NCBI GenBank assembly: GCA_043228905.1
Contig: JBHGNT010000016.1
Location: forward strand, 11,408,001-11,472,000
Length of the DNA: 64,000 bases
Source of the DNA: Azolla caroliniana
Taxonomy: Eukaryota > Plantae > Polypodiophyta
Direction: 5' to 3'
Below, piece by piece: positions 26,570-40,171 of this stretch. Numbering within the stretch: position 1 is the first letter of the stretch; each line of letters opens with the position of its first letter. A model generated the notes under the pieces. That model was not told the DNA's origin. It worked only from the letters and a program-made list of their open reading frames with translations, and did not search any database. The translations under genes were made by a program, and so were the position numbers.

Positions 26570-28500
26570 GTGGCAACTGATGCCATCAATTGTGTGTCAC
26601 ATGCCATGTCGGTGTTGTTGGTTTGCACCATTAAGATGTTTGAAGAAACATGATTGGTTATATTTAAGGACTTTACATAGTAGAGTTGGAGAAGCGTTTC
26701 TCAAACAATATTGGACAAAACAATCATGTTTGTATCCCTTTAGATGTGTGAGAAATGATTCAAGAATAAGGACACTATGGTAACACTAAGTTGTTTCAAT
26801 AACCATGGGGGAGGCAATAAAATGTTTGCTCCTTATCTGTATAGTAAATGACCTTGGTGGATTCCCGAGGCTCAACCATGGTGCCAACTATAAGGCATAT
26901 CCAAACACTAGAAAATAACAATGAAATGGAGCGGATTTGGAGGAGCTACATTATTTGGGGAGAGCCAGGGCAAGGGCACTTGGCACCCGGGGATTTTGTG
27001 GTAGCACAAGCTAGTAACAACCGGAAAACGGACCATGATGTTGCAAAGGTGGAACCCCACTGGAAGTTGTGGGTATGTGGTTGTCGCCCCCTCGTGGAAC
27101 TAGAATGGAACCCAGGGGATTTTGTGGTAGCACAAGCTAGTAACAACCGGAAAACGGACCATGATGTTGCAAAGGTGGAACCCCACTGGAAGTTGTGGGT
27201 ATGTGGTTGTCGCCCCCTCGTGGAACTAGAATGGAACCCAGGGGATTTTGTGGTAGCACAAGCTAGTAACAACCGGAAAACGGACCATGATGTTGCAAAG
27301 GTGGAACCCCACTGGAAGTTGTGGGTATGTGGTTGTCGCCCCCTCGTGGAACTAGAATGGAACCCAGGGGATTTTGTGGTAGCACAAGCTAGTAACAACC
27401 CGAAAACGGACCATGATGTTGCAAAGGTGGAACCCCACTGGAAGTTGTGGGTATGTGGTTGTCGCCCCCTCGTGGAACTAGAATGGAACCCAGGGGATTT
27501 TGTGGTAGCACAAGCTAGTAACAACCGGAAAACGGACCATGATGTTGCAAAGGTGGAACCCCACTGGAAGTTGTGGGTATGTGGTTGTCGCCCCCTCGTG
27601 GAACTAGAATGGAACCCAAGGGATTTTAGGTGGAAACATGGCAGTAGACTATGCCACTTCTTCGATTACAATTTACAACACTAAATTGGGTCGGGCTATA
27701 CAATTGTTGTTGGACGGTTCCCTATGCAATGGTTGGCAATATATTGGGCATCCCGAATGAGGTGCTCAGTACCTTTCGGAAATGTCTCTGGCGTCTCCTT
27801 GTTCCTAAGAAGATCAAGCTATTTTGGTGGTAGATCGACCATAACATGGTCCCTGTTGGCGAATGGCTGGCCTGATAGCTTTGCCCACTCTGTTCTTCAC
27901 CTATTGAGACTTTGAGACACTTGTTTCTTGGATTTCCCTCAAGCTCAAAGGGTATGGGACAAAGTGACTTGCTTCCTAGTTGCATGCGAAATGGAAGGAA
28001 CAACATTGTGGAGTGTGATGACTTGGATTGATCTCTCAGTTGATAGTTGGATGAATGTCTTCAATGTAGACAATTTGTGCTATGAATGCATAAGAGGTAA
28101 ACTCGTCAAGACCCAATTTGAGAGAGGCTTGAAGACTGCATCCCCTCGGTTCCAGGAGATTTGGATGTTGATCGCAGACTTCACCCTTTGCTATGTATGG
28201 AAAGCACATAGCCTAAAGGTCTTCCAAGATCTGGTATGTCCCCTAGAGGAATTGATCATGGATATATGGTTCGGGATATTAGATACATACTAGGGAAATT
28301 GGACGAGGTTTGCGGCCACTCCAACGACGTGGTCATTGCCCGTTTGCACTTCTGGAAGAAATGACGGAACACAACGATGGTGGCGTAAGGAGGAAATGGG
28401 CCGAGGTTGTACTACCAACCCCCACGCTGGTTGTTTCCTACTCACCTCCCACCCTCCCTTTGTTGTAGGCCACAAGATCCGGCTTGTATTAGCCAATGAT
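26570..28500 (+). mobile_element. Decayed LINE (L1-like) ORF2 3' region
   Basis: zf-RVT-like LWRLLVPKKIKLFWW...CPLCSSPIETLRHLF...AQRVW and a Trp-rich C-terminus. Boundaries approximate. Confidence 0.6.
26986..27627 (+). repeat. Five near-identical 126-bp tandem repeats (42 aa in frame)
   Basis: Unit starts at about 26985, 27111, 27237, 27363 and 27489. Only isolated substitutions seen. Confidence 0.95.
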
Positions 28501-28539
28501 GAAGGGCACTAGTTTATAGCTATAGGTACCTACTTACAT

Positions 28540-30330
28540 TAAGTATTCAGTTTGAAAGGATATGTATGCCATGATAAGGATCCTACCGATCTTGAGGAAG
28601 CAATGGACATTTTACTTTGTCATGGTCGTACATCAAAGAAGGACCATAATAAGCCCTTGTCATATATGCTTAATCCATCAAATTCACTATGAAGTGGTAG
28701 ACACTCAATGAGTTCTCAACCCATGACTCTATGAGACCAGTACCTACATGTGGATATTGTTAAAAGAAGAGTCATACAAAGGAGCAATGTTGAAAAATCC
28801 AACAAAAATAGTCCAAATTAAAGGGCAAGACTCTTGGTGACTCCAAAGGTCAGTTACTTGATATTCCTGAGGTTCATACTCAACATCTAAGTAGTTGTAC
28901 AAGTTCCTTTGCACATGTAATAGGACCTTATAATTTGTTTCATGCCAAGAGACTTATCAAAGGGTGTTCAATATATTTCTTATTAGATTCTAGTAGCTCA
29001 AAAAACTTCATCAATGATTGCTTAGACTTCAACGAAGTCTAAGTGATTAGACATACAAAGTTCATTTAGTGGTTGGAGTTCAATACATCAAAGGCATGAT
29101 TCATCAATTGTCGATCCATATAGATACTTACATAAAGAAACTAGAATTTCATGTCATGAGTCTTATATCCACTGATGCAATAGTTGGTTATCCATTGTCT
29201 TTGCAGAAATCCTCTTTATTCAAAGATTGGGTGAACCATTTAATATTGCTTTCACTAAATGATTCTCAACACTTTATTCAATGTGTCAAATCTTCGTTCA
29301 TCTCTTGTCTTTTAAGTGCATTTTTTCTTTTCTTTTTGTTGGAAAATGTATTGTTGTGTACTTGAACCTAATCTCCACATATATGATATATCAAGTGATG
29401 AGGATCAATTAACAAGTTCTTGATTCATTCTTAAGGAACTACCAAAAGGGCATGCCTAAGGAACTACCAAAAGGGTTACCTCCTAAATGTGTTATTGACA
29501 ATTATATTGATCCCATTTTGGGTATAACACTCATTAGTATTCATCTCTATCAACTTAGTCAAATTGAAGAAGGTGAAATTGCTTCAGAACCTGAGGAGTA
29601 CTTAAGGATGAGTCATCTACATTATAGTAAATCACTTTGGGGTGCACTAGTCCTCTTGGTGAATAAAAACAAAGGAACTTGACAATTATGTATTTCTTAT
29701 CAACGATTGAATAAAGTCACCATTACGCATAGTTTTTCCTTGCCTTATGCTAATGATTTGATTGATCTTCTACAAGGAGCTAAATGTTTTTTTAAGATTA
29801 ATTTGAGAATTGGTTATCGCCAAATTCATATAGCTAAAAATTATCTTCCAAAGACAACATTTTCCAAATGCTATAACCATTACGAATTCTAACAATGCCT
29901 TTTGGTTTGACTAATTCTCTTGCCACTTTTTGACAAGAACTTGGGGACTATGTATCAACTATCACCAATTGAATAGTTATTCCTTGCCTCGAGCAATTGA
30001 TTTGATAGATCATCTACAAGGAGCTAAACATATTTCTAAATTTGATTTGAGAACTAGTTATCACTAGATTCACATTGCTAAAAATAATATTCCAAAAATG
30101 GCATTTCATACACATTAATGCAACGATATCGAAATGTGCGTTTTTCAATAACTCAATTAATTATCTTGGGCATTTGATCACCAAACAACATGTGAAAATT
30201 TATCCTTCTTAAATTAATTGTCTTGGATATTTGATCACTAAAACACTTGTGAAAATTGATCCTTCTTAAATTATATTGGACATTTGATCAGTAAATGATA
30301 TGTGAAAATTTATCCTTCTTAATTAGATAA
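28540..30330 (+). pseudogene. Very old Ty3/gypsy gag-protease-RT remnant (probably continues 36509-36960)
   Basis: Knuckle CGYC*KKSHTKEQC, LLDSSSSKNFI, PKGLPPK, FKINLRIGYRQI. Many stops. Confidence 0.65.
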
Positions 30331-30536
30331 AGTCAAAATTTAGTCTACTCCCATCTAGTGTTGCCTTTTGACGGCTAATATTGCATGTCATGAGAATGGT
30401 ATTCCAAATTTTTTGCCTTGTAAAAAAAAATGCCCTTCAAAAAGTAAATACATCGAATATTTGTACAAAACAATATATTATACATGTCTATCCTTTGCAT
30501 CTTTCCAAATTTCATGTACAGGATCCCATTGTATTT

Positions 30537-33500
30537 TGTTGAGCGGCAAGCTCAAGTGGAGCCGGATCGGTTGGATAAGCCTAAGCCGGTGAGCAAGATG
30601 GATCAGTAAGCCGGTGAGCAATCGAGCCGGCAAGCAACAGAGCCGGTGAGCTGGGGAGCCAGTTAGCCGGATCCAATCGATAACCGGAATCCTAGTATTA
30701 GTTTAGACTACTAGGCAGTTATAGTCTCGTCGTAAGTGTCAGATGCTTGTGTGAGCATTGAAGTACGCGGTACTTTTGTCAGTCCCACGAGGACTTGTAT
30801 AAATAGTGCTACTCAACATAGTTGTAAGTGTAGAGTTTTTATATTGTTTTGAATATAGCTTTTACGTTCTGCTCTCTCTGTCTCTCCCGTGCACTTTGTG
30901 TATTATCTGCTTTCTCTGTTTTCTAACGCTTCCGCAAGTAATCGTTTTCATGGTATCAAAGCGCGAGGGTTGAGAACCTCTGCAACTGACAAATGCTTGA
31001 AAGAAAACCCTAACAGGTTGTAAGAACAACAGACAGAGAAGTGATGGATAGAGGAATGGCTAGCTCGCTCCCTGTGCAGAAACTCGACAGATCCAACTAC
31101 GCATCTTGGTCGTACAAGATGCACTAGTACCTGCTTGGGCATGGCTACTGGAGTTTCGTCGAAGGAGCCAACGAAACAGCACTTGATGCGACACATAAGG
31201 ATTTCCCAGTGTGGGAACAATTGGCAAGTAGAGTGATGTACTGCTTCGCGTCCAGTGTCGGAGACCAGCTGCCGAGCCACATCCGAGACGCCAAGACGCC
31301 GAAGGAGGCTTGGGGAAACCTGAAGAAGGTTTTCGCCGTGAGCACTACAACTCGGAAGCTGCAACTCCGATAGGAGTTGAGCAATGTCCGATAGAAGGAC
31401 ATGTCGGTGGTGGATTACACGGCCCGGATCAAAGAGATCTATGACTCGCTTGTCTCTATCAACGTTACCGTAGAGGAAGATGAGATGGTACAGGTCTGTC
31501 TTGGGGGCCTAACATCTAAGTTCAGAGTGTTCCGAACGGCGGTATGTACAAGGGAGAATACGCCGTCATTTTTTGACTTACAGTAGATGCTCCTTGTAGA
31601 GGAGAACCACGCCGGTGTGTCAACTAGTGCACCCATTGACAACTGGATGTTGTACATGAAAGCGGATCGGTCCCATGGGTGTGGTGGACGAGGCGGGTTG
31701 GCACACAATGGAGGTGGCCGACAAGTCCAGGAACAAAGGCACATAGAACGTGCCGACAACAGTTCCGGACCCTCCGGGAGCAGGGGGGGTCATGGCGGCA
31801 CCGGAATATGGCAAGAGAAGACTGCAACGGAATGCTAGTACTATGGCAAAAAGGGCCACAGAGAAAACGAGTGCTGGAGAAAACGCGCCGATTCGGACAA
31901 ATTTGGATCCAACAAGGCTAGCAAGGATGGTCGGCAAAGCTCGCACTACGCGAAGGGATCGGGAGGATCCAAGAACGGTAACGGGCCAGCCTTGGTGATG
32001 AAGCACGAGGCGAACTCGATGAAGAAGACCACTTCCAAATCGGAGGAAGTGTGGTATGTTGATTCCGGTGCGTTGAACCATATGACGAGCCACAAAGAGT
32101 GGTTCTCCTTTTTGGAGAAACCGGATCAACCAGGAGTAGTCGAAACCGGAGATGACACTCCTCACCCAATCGTGCACGTCGGACAGAAGGGGAAGCTGAT
32201 GAACGTATTACATGTTCCGACAATCACGAAGAACCTGGTGTTGGTCAGACAGATCGTCGACCAAGGGATGCAGGTGCGGTTTATGCACCTCGGGTGCTTC
32301 ATCGAGGAAGAGGGCCAGATTATTGCGCAAGGGCGCAGAGACGGGAGGATGTTTATCCTCAACACCAATGACGTCGGCACCGCTCTGTTTGCAAAAAGAC
32401 AGAAGTTCGAATCGGACATCGACCTGTGGCACAAGCGGATAGGCCATGTCAATTACTAGAGGCTTCAAGACCTGTAAACGAAACAAGTTGTTTTTGGTTT
32501 GCCGAAGTTCAGCGGCCGGAAGGCCCAAGTATGTGAAGCCTGCCAACTCGGGAAGCAACACCGGCTTCCATTCCCTACCGAACGTAACCGGAGCCGTAAC
32601 AAGCTCGACCTTATCCATTCTGATGTGTGGGGACCGGCCCAGAATGTTAGTCTTGGCGGGAGTCGATATTTCGTCTCCTTCATCAACGACTATACGCGTC
32701 ACACATGGATCTACCTCATTGAGCGGAAGAGTGAAGTCTTCGAGTGTTTCTGGAGTCTCCAAATCATGGTGGAACGGGAATCGGAGAGGAAGATCAAATG
32801 CCTGCGGTCGGATGGCGGAAAAGAATACTTTTCCGGCCAATTCAACAGTTATCTGTAGCAAAAGGGAATTCAGCGAGAGTTCAGCTGCAGATACATACCG
32901 CAACAGAACGGTGTTGCCAAAAGGAAGAACCGGCCGCTTATTGATGCGGCAAGGGCAATGCTAGAGGAGAAGAGCATGCCCAAATTCTACTGGGCGGAGG
33001 TAGTCTGAACGGCTGCCTACATCCAGAACCGGATCGATGACAAGGTGTCAGCTCACGAGCTGTATTTCGGACGCAAGCTGAATTTGAGACACCTTAAGAT
33101 CTTCGGTAGCATTGCATATGTGCATGTACCGGATGAGAAGCGGAGGAAGCTGGATGCAAAATCGAAAAAATGCATCCTAGTCGGCTATGCTCAAGAGCAA
33201 AAGGGTTATAATTGCTATAACCCCCAGACAAAGCAGGTCCGAGTTAGTCGAGATGTCGAGTTCGATGAATCGGCATCGTGGTACTCCTTACCGACTCCGA
33301 CTTCCGAATCTGACCCAATGCCAGAGGATGACGCTATTGAGCCTGAACTGACCCAGGTAGATGATGATGAAGCGTGGACTCAGTATGAGAGTCCGGAATC
33401 ATTTCGGTTGAGCGGGCCAAATGAGAGACTAAGTCAATCTGACCAGTCCGATGAGGAACCGGCAAGTAGTGGAGACTCTGCCGTGCTCTCCCCACGCAAG

Positions 33501-36500
33501 GAACTGAGGAGACGGTTCACGCGCAAAGAGAAAGGGAAGAAAAAGATGTTGGAATTCGAAACCGGCAATGATGAGTCGGATTGGTGTGCATCCGACTCCG
33601 GTAAGGAGAAAGGCGGATGTTCGGCATCGAAGATCGAACTGGCCAAGAAGGGCCTCAAACTGGGTAATGGTGAGTTATGCCGGTCCACCCGCCAGAAGGA
33701 TCCCGTCAAGCGGTACGGGTACAATGAGTACATGGCGCATCACTATGCGTACATGAACAAGGTGGCGGAACTGCGTGAGCTGGAGATGGCGCATCGCTAT
33801 GTGTACATGAACAAGGATGCAAATTGGCGTGCCGCTATGGAGGAAGAAATGCGGGCACTTGATGTCAACGAGACATGGGACATAGTTGACCCTCCCCGTC
33901 ACTATAAACCGATCGGATGCAAGTGGATGTACAAGGTAGAGTACAACGCCGACGGTTCAGTTAACTTGTACAAGGCCCGATTAGTGGTGAAGGGATACGC
34001 ACAGACCCACGGAATCGACTACGACGAGACCTTCGCTCCGGTAGCGAAGATGACGACGGTTCGGGTGGTGATGGCGGTTGCTACAACAAGGAGGTGGCAT
34101 CTTCACCAGATGGATGTGAAGAATGCGTTTCTTCAGGGTGATCTTGAAGAAGAAGTCTTTATGACTCAACCCCCTGGTTTTCAATCGGAGATGAACAAGT
34201 CGGTGGTATGCTGGCTGAAGAAGTCATTGTATGGCCTGAAGCAAGCCCCTCGAGCTTGGAATGTGAAGATCACGCATCGGTTGTGTAAGATGGGGTTTGT
34301 GGCCTCCAAGTCAGACTCTTCGTTGTTCATTCGGCAAGGCTCAACCGGTCCGGTATGTATCCTGCTGTATGTTGATGATTTAGTCATCACTGGACTGGGT
34401 CTTCTAGAAGTCAACCACGTCAAATTCCAGTTGTCGGACGCATTTGAGATGAAGGACCTAGGGGACCTTCATTATTTTCTTGGGATCGAGGTGATCCGAA
34501 CCCCCGACAACATATTGCTCTCACAATGACATTACGTCTTGCATATGCTGTACAAGTTCGGCATGACAGAATGCCGACTTGTCTCCACACCCTTGGACCG
34601 GAACTAGAAGCTTCGTCCTAACTCCGGACCGGCCTGCAACGAGAAACGGTTCCGACAAATTGTCGGAAGCCTTATTTACTTGACTATCACGTGACCCGAC
34701 ATCAACTATTCGGTCGGAATGATAAGTCAGTTCATGCAGAAGCCGACCATGGAGCACCTTCAGTGCGTGCAACAGATACTACGATATGTACGTGGCACGA
34801 AGGACCAGGGCTGTTATACCGGCGAGGTATAACTGAAGGGCTAGTCGGTTACACGGATGCCGACTAGGCTGGTGATGCGTCGGATCGTAGATCCACTTCC
34901 GGTTTTATGTTTTCCCTTGGGAGCGCAGATGTTGCGTGGAGCAGCAAAAAGCAGCCAATAGTGGCTCTATCAAGCACTAAGACTTAGTATCGGGGTGCGA
35001 CTGTTGCCACCTGCGAAGCCATTTGGCTTCGGCGACTACTGCGAGACTTGCGGATCGAGGTACCGACCCCGATCCCGATTTATTGTGATAACATCAGCAG
35101 CATGCAGCTCGCCAAGAACCCTGTGTTCCACGCTCGCACGAGGCACATAGAAGTGCATTATCACTTTGTGCGTGAGCGGGTCCTGAGCGGTGAAGTTGAA
35201 CTACGGTATGTTCACATGGATCGGCAAGTTGCCGCCATCTTCACCAAGCCTCTCAAATCGGAAAAGTTGCAACACTTTACCGACATGCTTGGTGTTCAAC
35301 ATCTCGACGTACGACACTTGAGGGGGAGAAGAAGGGGCAAAGACACCGCCGGAACGGGCAAAGGCAAAGAAACTGTTGCCGACACCGGTAAGGGAAGAAC
35401 TGGAAGAGGGGGAGACAAGGAGGAAAAAGAAGCCGAGTCGATGAAGAAAGTCGGCACGTCTGAACAATTTAGAACGAGCGGCAGTGGTGGCAAGGTCAAG
35501 GAGGACCGAGCCAACCAGAAAGAAGAAGTGTGCACGCATGAAGAAAAGTGCATACTATGCGGAGTTAATCATCATCATCACGACGGCAGTGACCGAGATA
35601 CGGAGTCAAATGAAGAATTCGACTTCGGTGAACCGGCTGAAGAAGCCGAGGATGGAAGCAAGGCCAAGACTCGGACGTGGTCTGATGTGGTGAAGGGCCT
35701 TAAACCGAAAGACGAGTTGGAGGATACCGACTCGGACAAGAGCTGGAACGAGTTGGGAGTGACCGATTCGGAAAAGAGCTGGAACGAATCGGAGAGAGCT
35801 GATTCGGATCAATAGACGGATCCGGATGAACTGAGTCAACTAGAGGCCAAGCAGAGACGGATGCAGCGGAAGTCGATGCCATCGCGGAGGAACCGACGGA
35901 TCGGCAAGCGCCGGAGTCATAGCAGCGAAGGAGCTGAGAGGGGCCTATTGAGCAGACATGCCGACCGAGAAGGTCGAGGCGCGCAAAACCAAAAGGGCCG
36001 CGGCAAACGGGACTGGACCGGACGAGGAGCGCGAGCAAGGCGGAGCGATGCCAGGAGAAGTCGGTTGGAAGAACTGACTGCCACAAAGGCTAACACTGGA
36101 GCGGCAAGCTCAACTAGAGCCGGATTGACTGGATAAGCCTGAGCCGGTGAGCGAGACGGATCAGTAAGACGGTGAGCAACCGAGCCGGCAAGCAATAGAG
36201 CTGGTGAGCTGGGGAGCCGGTTAGCCGCATCCAATCGATAACCGGAAGCATAGTATTAGTTTAGACTACTAGGCAGTTATAGTCTCGTAGTAAGTGTCAG
36301 ATGCTCGTGTGAGCATTGAAGTATGCGGTACTTTTGTCAGTCCCATGAGGACTTGGATAAATAGTGCTACTGAGCATAGTTGTAAGTGTAGAGTGTTTAT
36401 ATTGTTTTGAATATAGCTTTTACGTTCTGCTCTCTCTGTCTCTCCCAAGCACTCTGTGTATTCTCTGCTTTCTCTATTTTCTAACGCTTCCGTAAGTAAT

Positions 36501-36508
36501 CATTTTCA
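30537..36508 (+). mobile_element. Full-length decayed Ty1/copia (5' LTR 30537-30950; 3' LTR about 36099-36508 lacking its first bases and the PPT)
   Basis: Perfect TSD tattt. PBS tggtatcaaagc. gag-PR-INT-RT-RH motifs with many stops, 31043-35815. Confidence 0.93.
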
Positions 36509-36966
36509 TATTTCTTCAATGCGTGGCCCATTCAATGAGACTCACATTAAATCATCTAAATGCTCTATATTCAATCGATTTCTTTTCATCTCTTTGATGA
36601 GATTTTGCTTAGAGAACCCTCTCTCACACGAAACTCTACTAGACAGAATTGCTTGAAGGTGTATCATCCCACACCATCAAGGAACCATAGGTGCAATCAA
36701 AAGAAGAAAACATGGCACAAGTACGAGCAACATTGGTAGTTAACAAAAGCAACAATGATATTAGGCAAGCCATTGTAAATTTCCGTAGAGGGAAATATAA
36801 GAATGATTTAGCCATTAATAGAGTCAGAAAATGCTCTGGCCATCAACGTTGGATATGTAGTAATTTCCTAACCATAGGAAATAACTATTGATATGATGAG
36901 ATGGATCATTGTTAAAAGTTGAGGATTTGTATTGAGACAATAATATGCAAAAGCATGAAACGTCAG

Positions 36967-37143
36967 TCTCTATTAATCTAAAGTTCATACCAAAGAGAGA
37001 GAGAGAGAGAAAGACGATGAAGGTAGAAGAAGAAGAAGAAGATTCTCTATTATCTAAAGTTCATACCAAAGAGAGAGAGAGAGAGAGACGACGCAGGTAG
37101 AAGAAGAAGAAGAAGAAGAAGAAGAGTCTCTATTATCTAAAGT
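36967..37143 (+). repeat. Tandem ~80-bp units containing (GA)n and (GAA)n
   Basis: tctctattatctaaagttcataccaaagagag... repeated a little over twice. Confidence 0.75.
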
Positions 37144-40100
37144 TGTTGTCCGCCGGAATAGTAACCGACGGACAAGAGCGTAGGAATAAGAAATAATATA
37201 AGATCATAATGCATGTAATAGTTCACGCAGGAAGCAGGAACGACTAAATAGACCCTGCGTATATAAAGGATAGAAAACCTCTGATAGAGGGAGCGTGTAA
37301 TTTTGGGAATGTAAAGAAGCATATCGTAATAGAATTCTATCTTCTCTGAAAATCTGTGTATAGCTACGGCTAATCTACTGTGTGTTTGGAATACCTGAGA
37401 GTGTAAGAACGTGAGTGTGTAACCACTGATAAGGAGTCTGTTGTAGCCGTCTCCCTTATACGTTGTTAGGTTATTCTCCTATGTATTATGCATAGACACC
37501 ACCATTCGTTGTTTCTCAATCACTTGGAGGTCTAGGTCGAAGGACTGACTGCAGACCGTGTTCCTAATCGGTAACACTTTTGGCACGCTTGGTGATCTAT
37601 GTCTTCTCACAGACGAACAACAACGAATGGATGTTTAGCTGCAGACACCCTAGAGAACCAACACGACAAGACCGACCAATCACAAGGTTCATCACACGCC
37701 AGGCACGGGAACGCGCACGACAAAAGCCTCGCCTCAGCGACCTCAGTACTACCTGTCGTGATTACAAGGGTGTTGAGAGACAAGCTCAACATTTGTGCGT
37801 AATATGATGTGTAACCAATGCGTAGACTAGGTGCACAAAACCGGTACGCAGACCGATGCGTAGAAAGGCCGTATCGGTGCATAGACCGAAAGGCCGTTAG
37901 GAAGATATTCCTCATAAGGAATAGTTTTGGGAGTAAGTGTCGAGGCTCATTTATGAGCAATCAAGTACTGTTCGTACTTGTGTTAGCCCATTGTCAGGGC
38001 TTGTATAAAAGTGCTCACTGAGCACATCCTATGTACAGATTGAGTATTATTTTTGAATTTAAGTTCTTGTGTTACTCTCTCTGTCTCTCCCGTGCGTACT
38101 GTGCAAACCTAAGCTTTCCATTAAACCTACGTTTTCTGTTGTTCGGTTTTCCTATATTGCTTCTGCACGCCATTCTTTTCATGGTATCAGAGCGCGAGGG
38201 TTGAGAACCTCTGCAGCTGACTTTGCTTGAAGGAAAAACCAATGAATCAACTGAGGGCCAAGCGGAAAAGAAGGCAGTAGGAGAAGCGCCAACACCGCGA
38301 CAGCAAGGGACCTATGAAGGGCCGTGGGAGCAGACAAGCCGGCCAGAAGGGTTGAACAGGCCGAGGAGCGCGAGCGAGCCGTGGAGCTAGGAGAAGTCGG
38401 AGCGTAGGTCCGGCAAAATAGGCGGAACCTCAAGTTGAGCTTGAGGGGGAGTGTTGAGAGACAAGCTCAACATTTGTGCGTAATACGATGCATAACCAGT
38501 GCGTAGACTGGGTGCACAAAACCGGTACGCAGACCGGTGCGTAGAAAGGCCGTATCGGTGCGTAGACTGAAAGGCCGTTAGAAAGATATTCCTCGTAAGG
38601 AATAGTTTTGGGAGTAAGTGTCGAGGCTCATTTATGAGCAATCAAGTACTGTTCGTACTTGTGTTAGCCCATTGTCAGGGCTTGTATAAAAGTGCTCACT
38701 GAGCACATCCTATGTACAGATTGAGTATTATTTTTGAATTTAAGTTCTTGTGTTACTCTCTCTGTCTCTCCCGTGCGTACTGTGCAAACCTAAGCTTTCC
38801 ATTAAACCTACGTTTTCTGTTGTTCGGTTTTCCTATATTGCTTCTGCACGCCATTCTTTTCATGGTATCAGAGCGCGAGGGTTGAGAACCTCTGCAGCTG
38901 ACTTTGCTTGAAGGAAAAACCAATGAAGAAGAACAAGAAAACCGATGGACAGAGGAATGGCTAGCTCGCTTCCAACGGAGAAGCTCGACAGAACCAACTA
39001 CGCATCTTGGTCCTACAAGATGCACCAATACCTGCTCGGACATGGTTACTGGAGCTATGTCGATGGAGCAAATGACACAGCACCCGATTTGACACACAAA
39101 GACTTCCCAGCGTGGGAACAATCGGCGAGCAGAGTGCTATACTGCTTCGTGTCTTGTGTGGGTGAATAGCTGCTAAGCTACGTCCGGGATGCAAAAACGC
39201 TGAAGGGTGCATGGGAAAATCTAAAGAAGATTTTCGCCGCGAGCACCACAGCTAGGAAGCTTCTACTTCGACAGGAGTTGAGCAACCTACGACAACGTGA
39301 TTTGTCGGTGGCTAACTATACCTCGAGGATTAAGGACATATGCAACTCCTTAGCTTCCATTGATGTGAACATCGAGGAAAGCGAGATGGTCCAGGTCTGT
39401 CTCGGAGGTTTGGCGTCAAAGTTCGAGGCGTTCCGAACTGCAGTGTGTACCCGGGAGAATACGTCGTCCTTTTTCGACTTACAGTCAATGCTCCTGGTAG
39501 AGGAGAACCACACGGTGCGTCGACGAGCACGCACACCGACAACAAGATGTTGTACACGGAGGGAGAAAGGCCCCATGGTCGTGGCGGATGAGGCGAGTTG
39601 GTACGCAATGGAAGCGGCCGACGGGATCAAGGAAGAACGCACCGAAGTGATGTCGACAGCAATTCCGGACCCTCCAGAAACAGGGGGAGTCGAGGCGACG
39701 AGAACCAGAAAGGGAAATCCGCCACGGAATGCTGGTATTGTGGCAAGAAAGGCCACAGGGAGAGCGAGTGCTGGAAGAAGCGCGCCGAGTCGGAGAGGTC
39801 TGGCTCCGGACATACCGACAAAGGAAATCGGCAGCGATCGCACTATGCCGAAGGATCCGGAAAAGCCGGAAAAGGGTCAGTCTTCGTGACGAGACACAAA
39901 GCAAACTCAATGAAACAGTCTGCCCCGAAATCAGACGAGGTGTGGTATGTCGACTCCGGCGCGTCAAACCACATGATGTGCCACAAGGAGTGGTTCTCAT
40001 ACCTTGAGAAACCGACGCAACCAGGAGTAGTCACAACTGGAGACGACACTCTGCATCCGATCGCAAATGTCGGTGAAGTTCCCTTGAGCCATGTCGGGCA

Positions 40101-40171
40101 GAAAGGGAAACTTATGAACGTGTTACACATCCCGACCATCACGAAGAATCTGGTGTCGGTCGGGCAGATTG

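Noticed and set aside
26986-27627. CRISPR-like array
   Set aside because: Units are contiguous and identical with no unique spacers, there are no cas genes and the context is eukaryotic.
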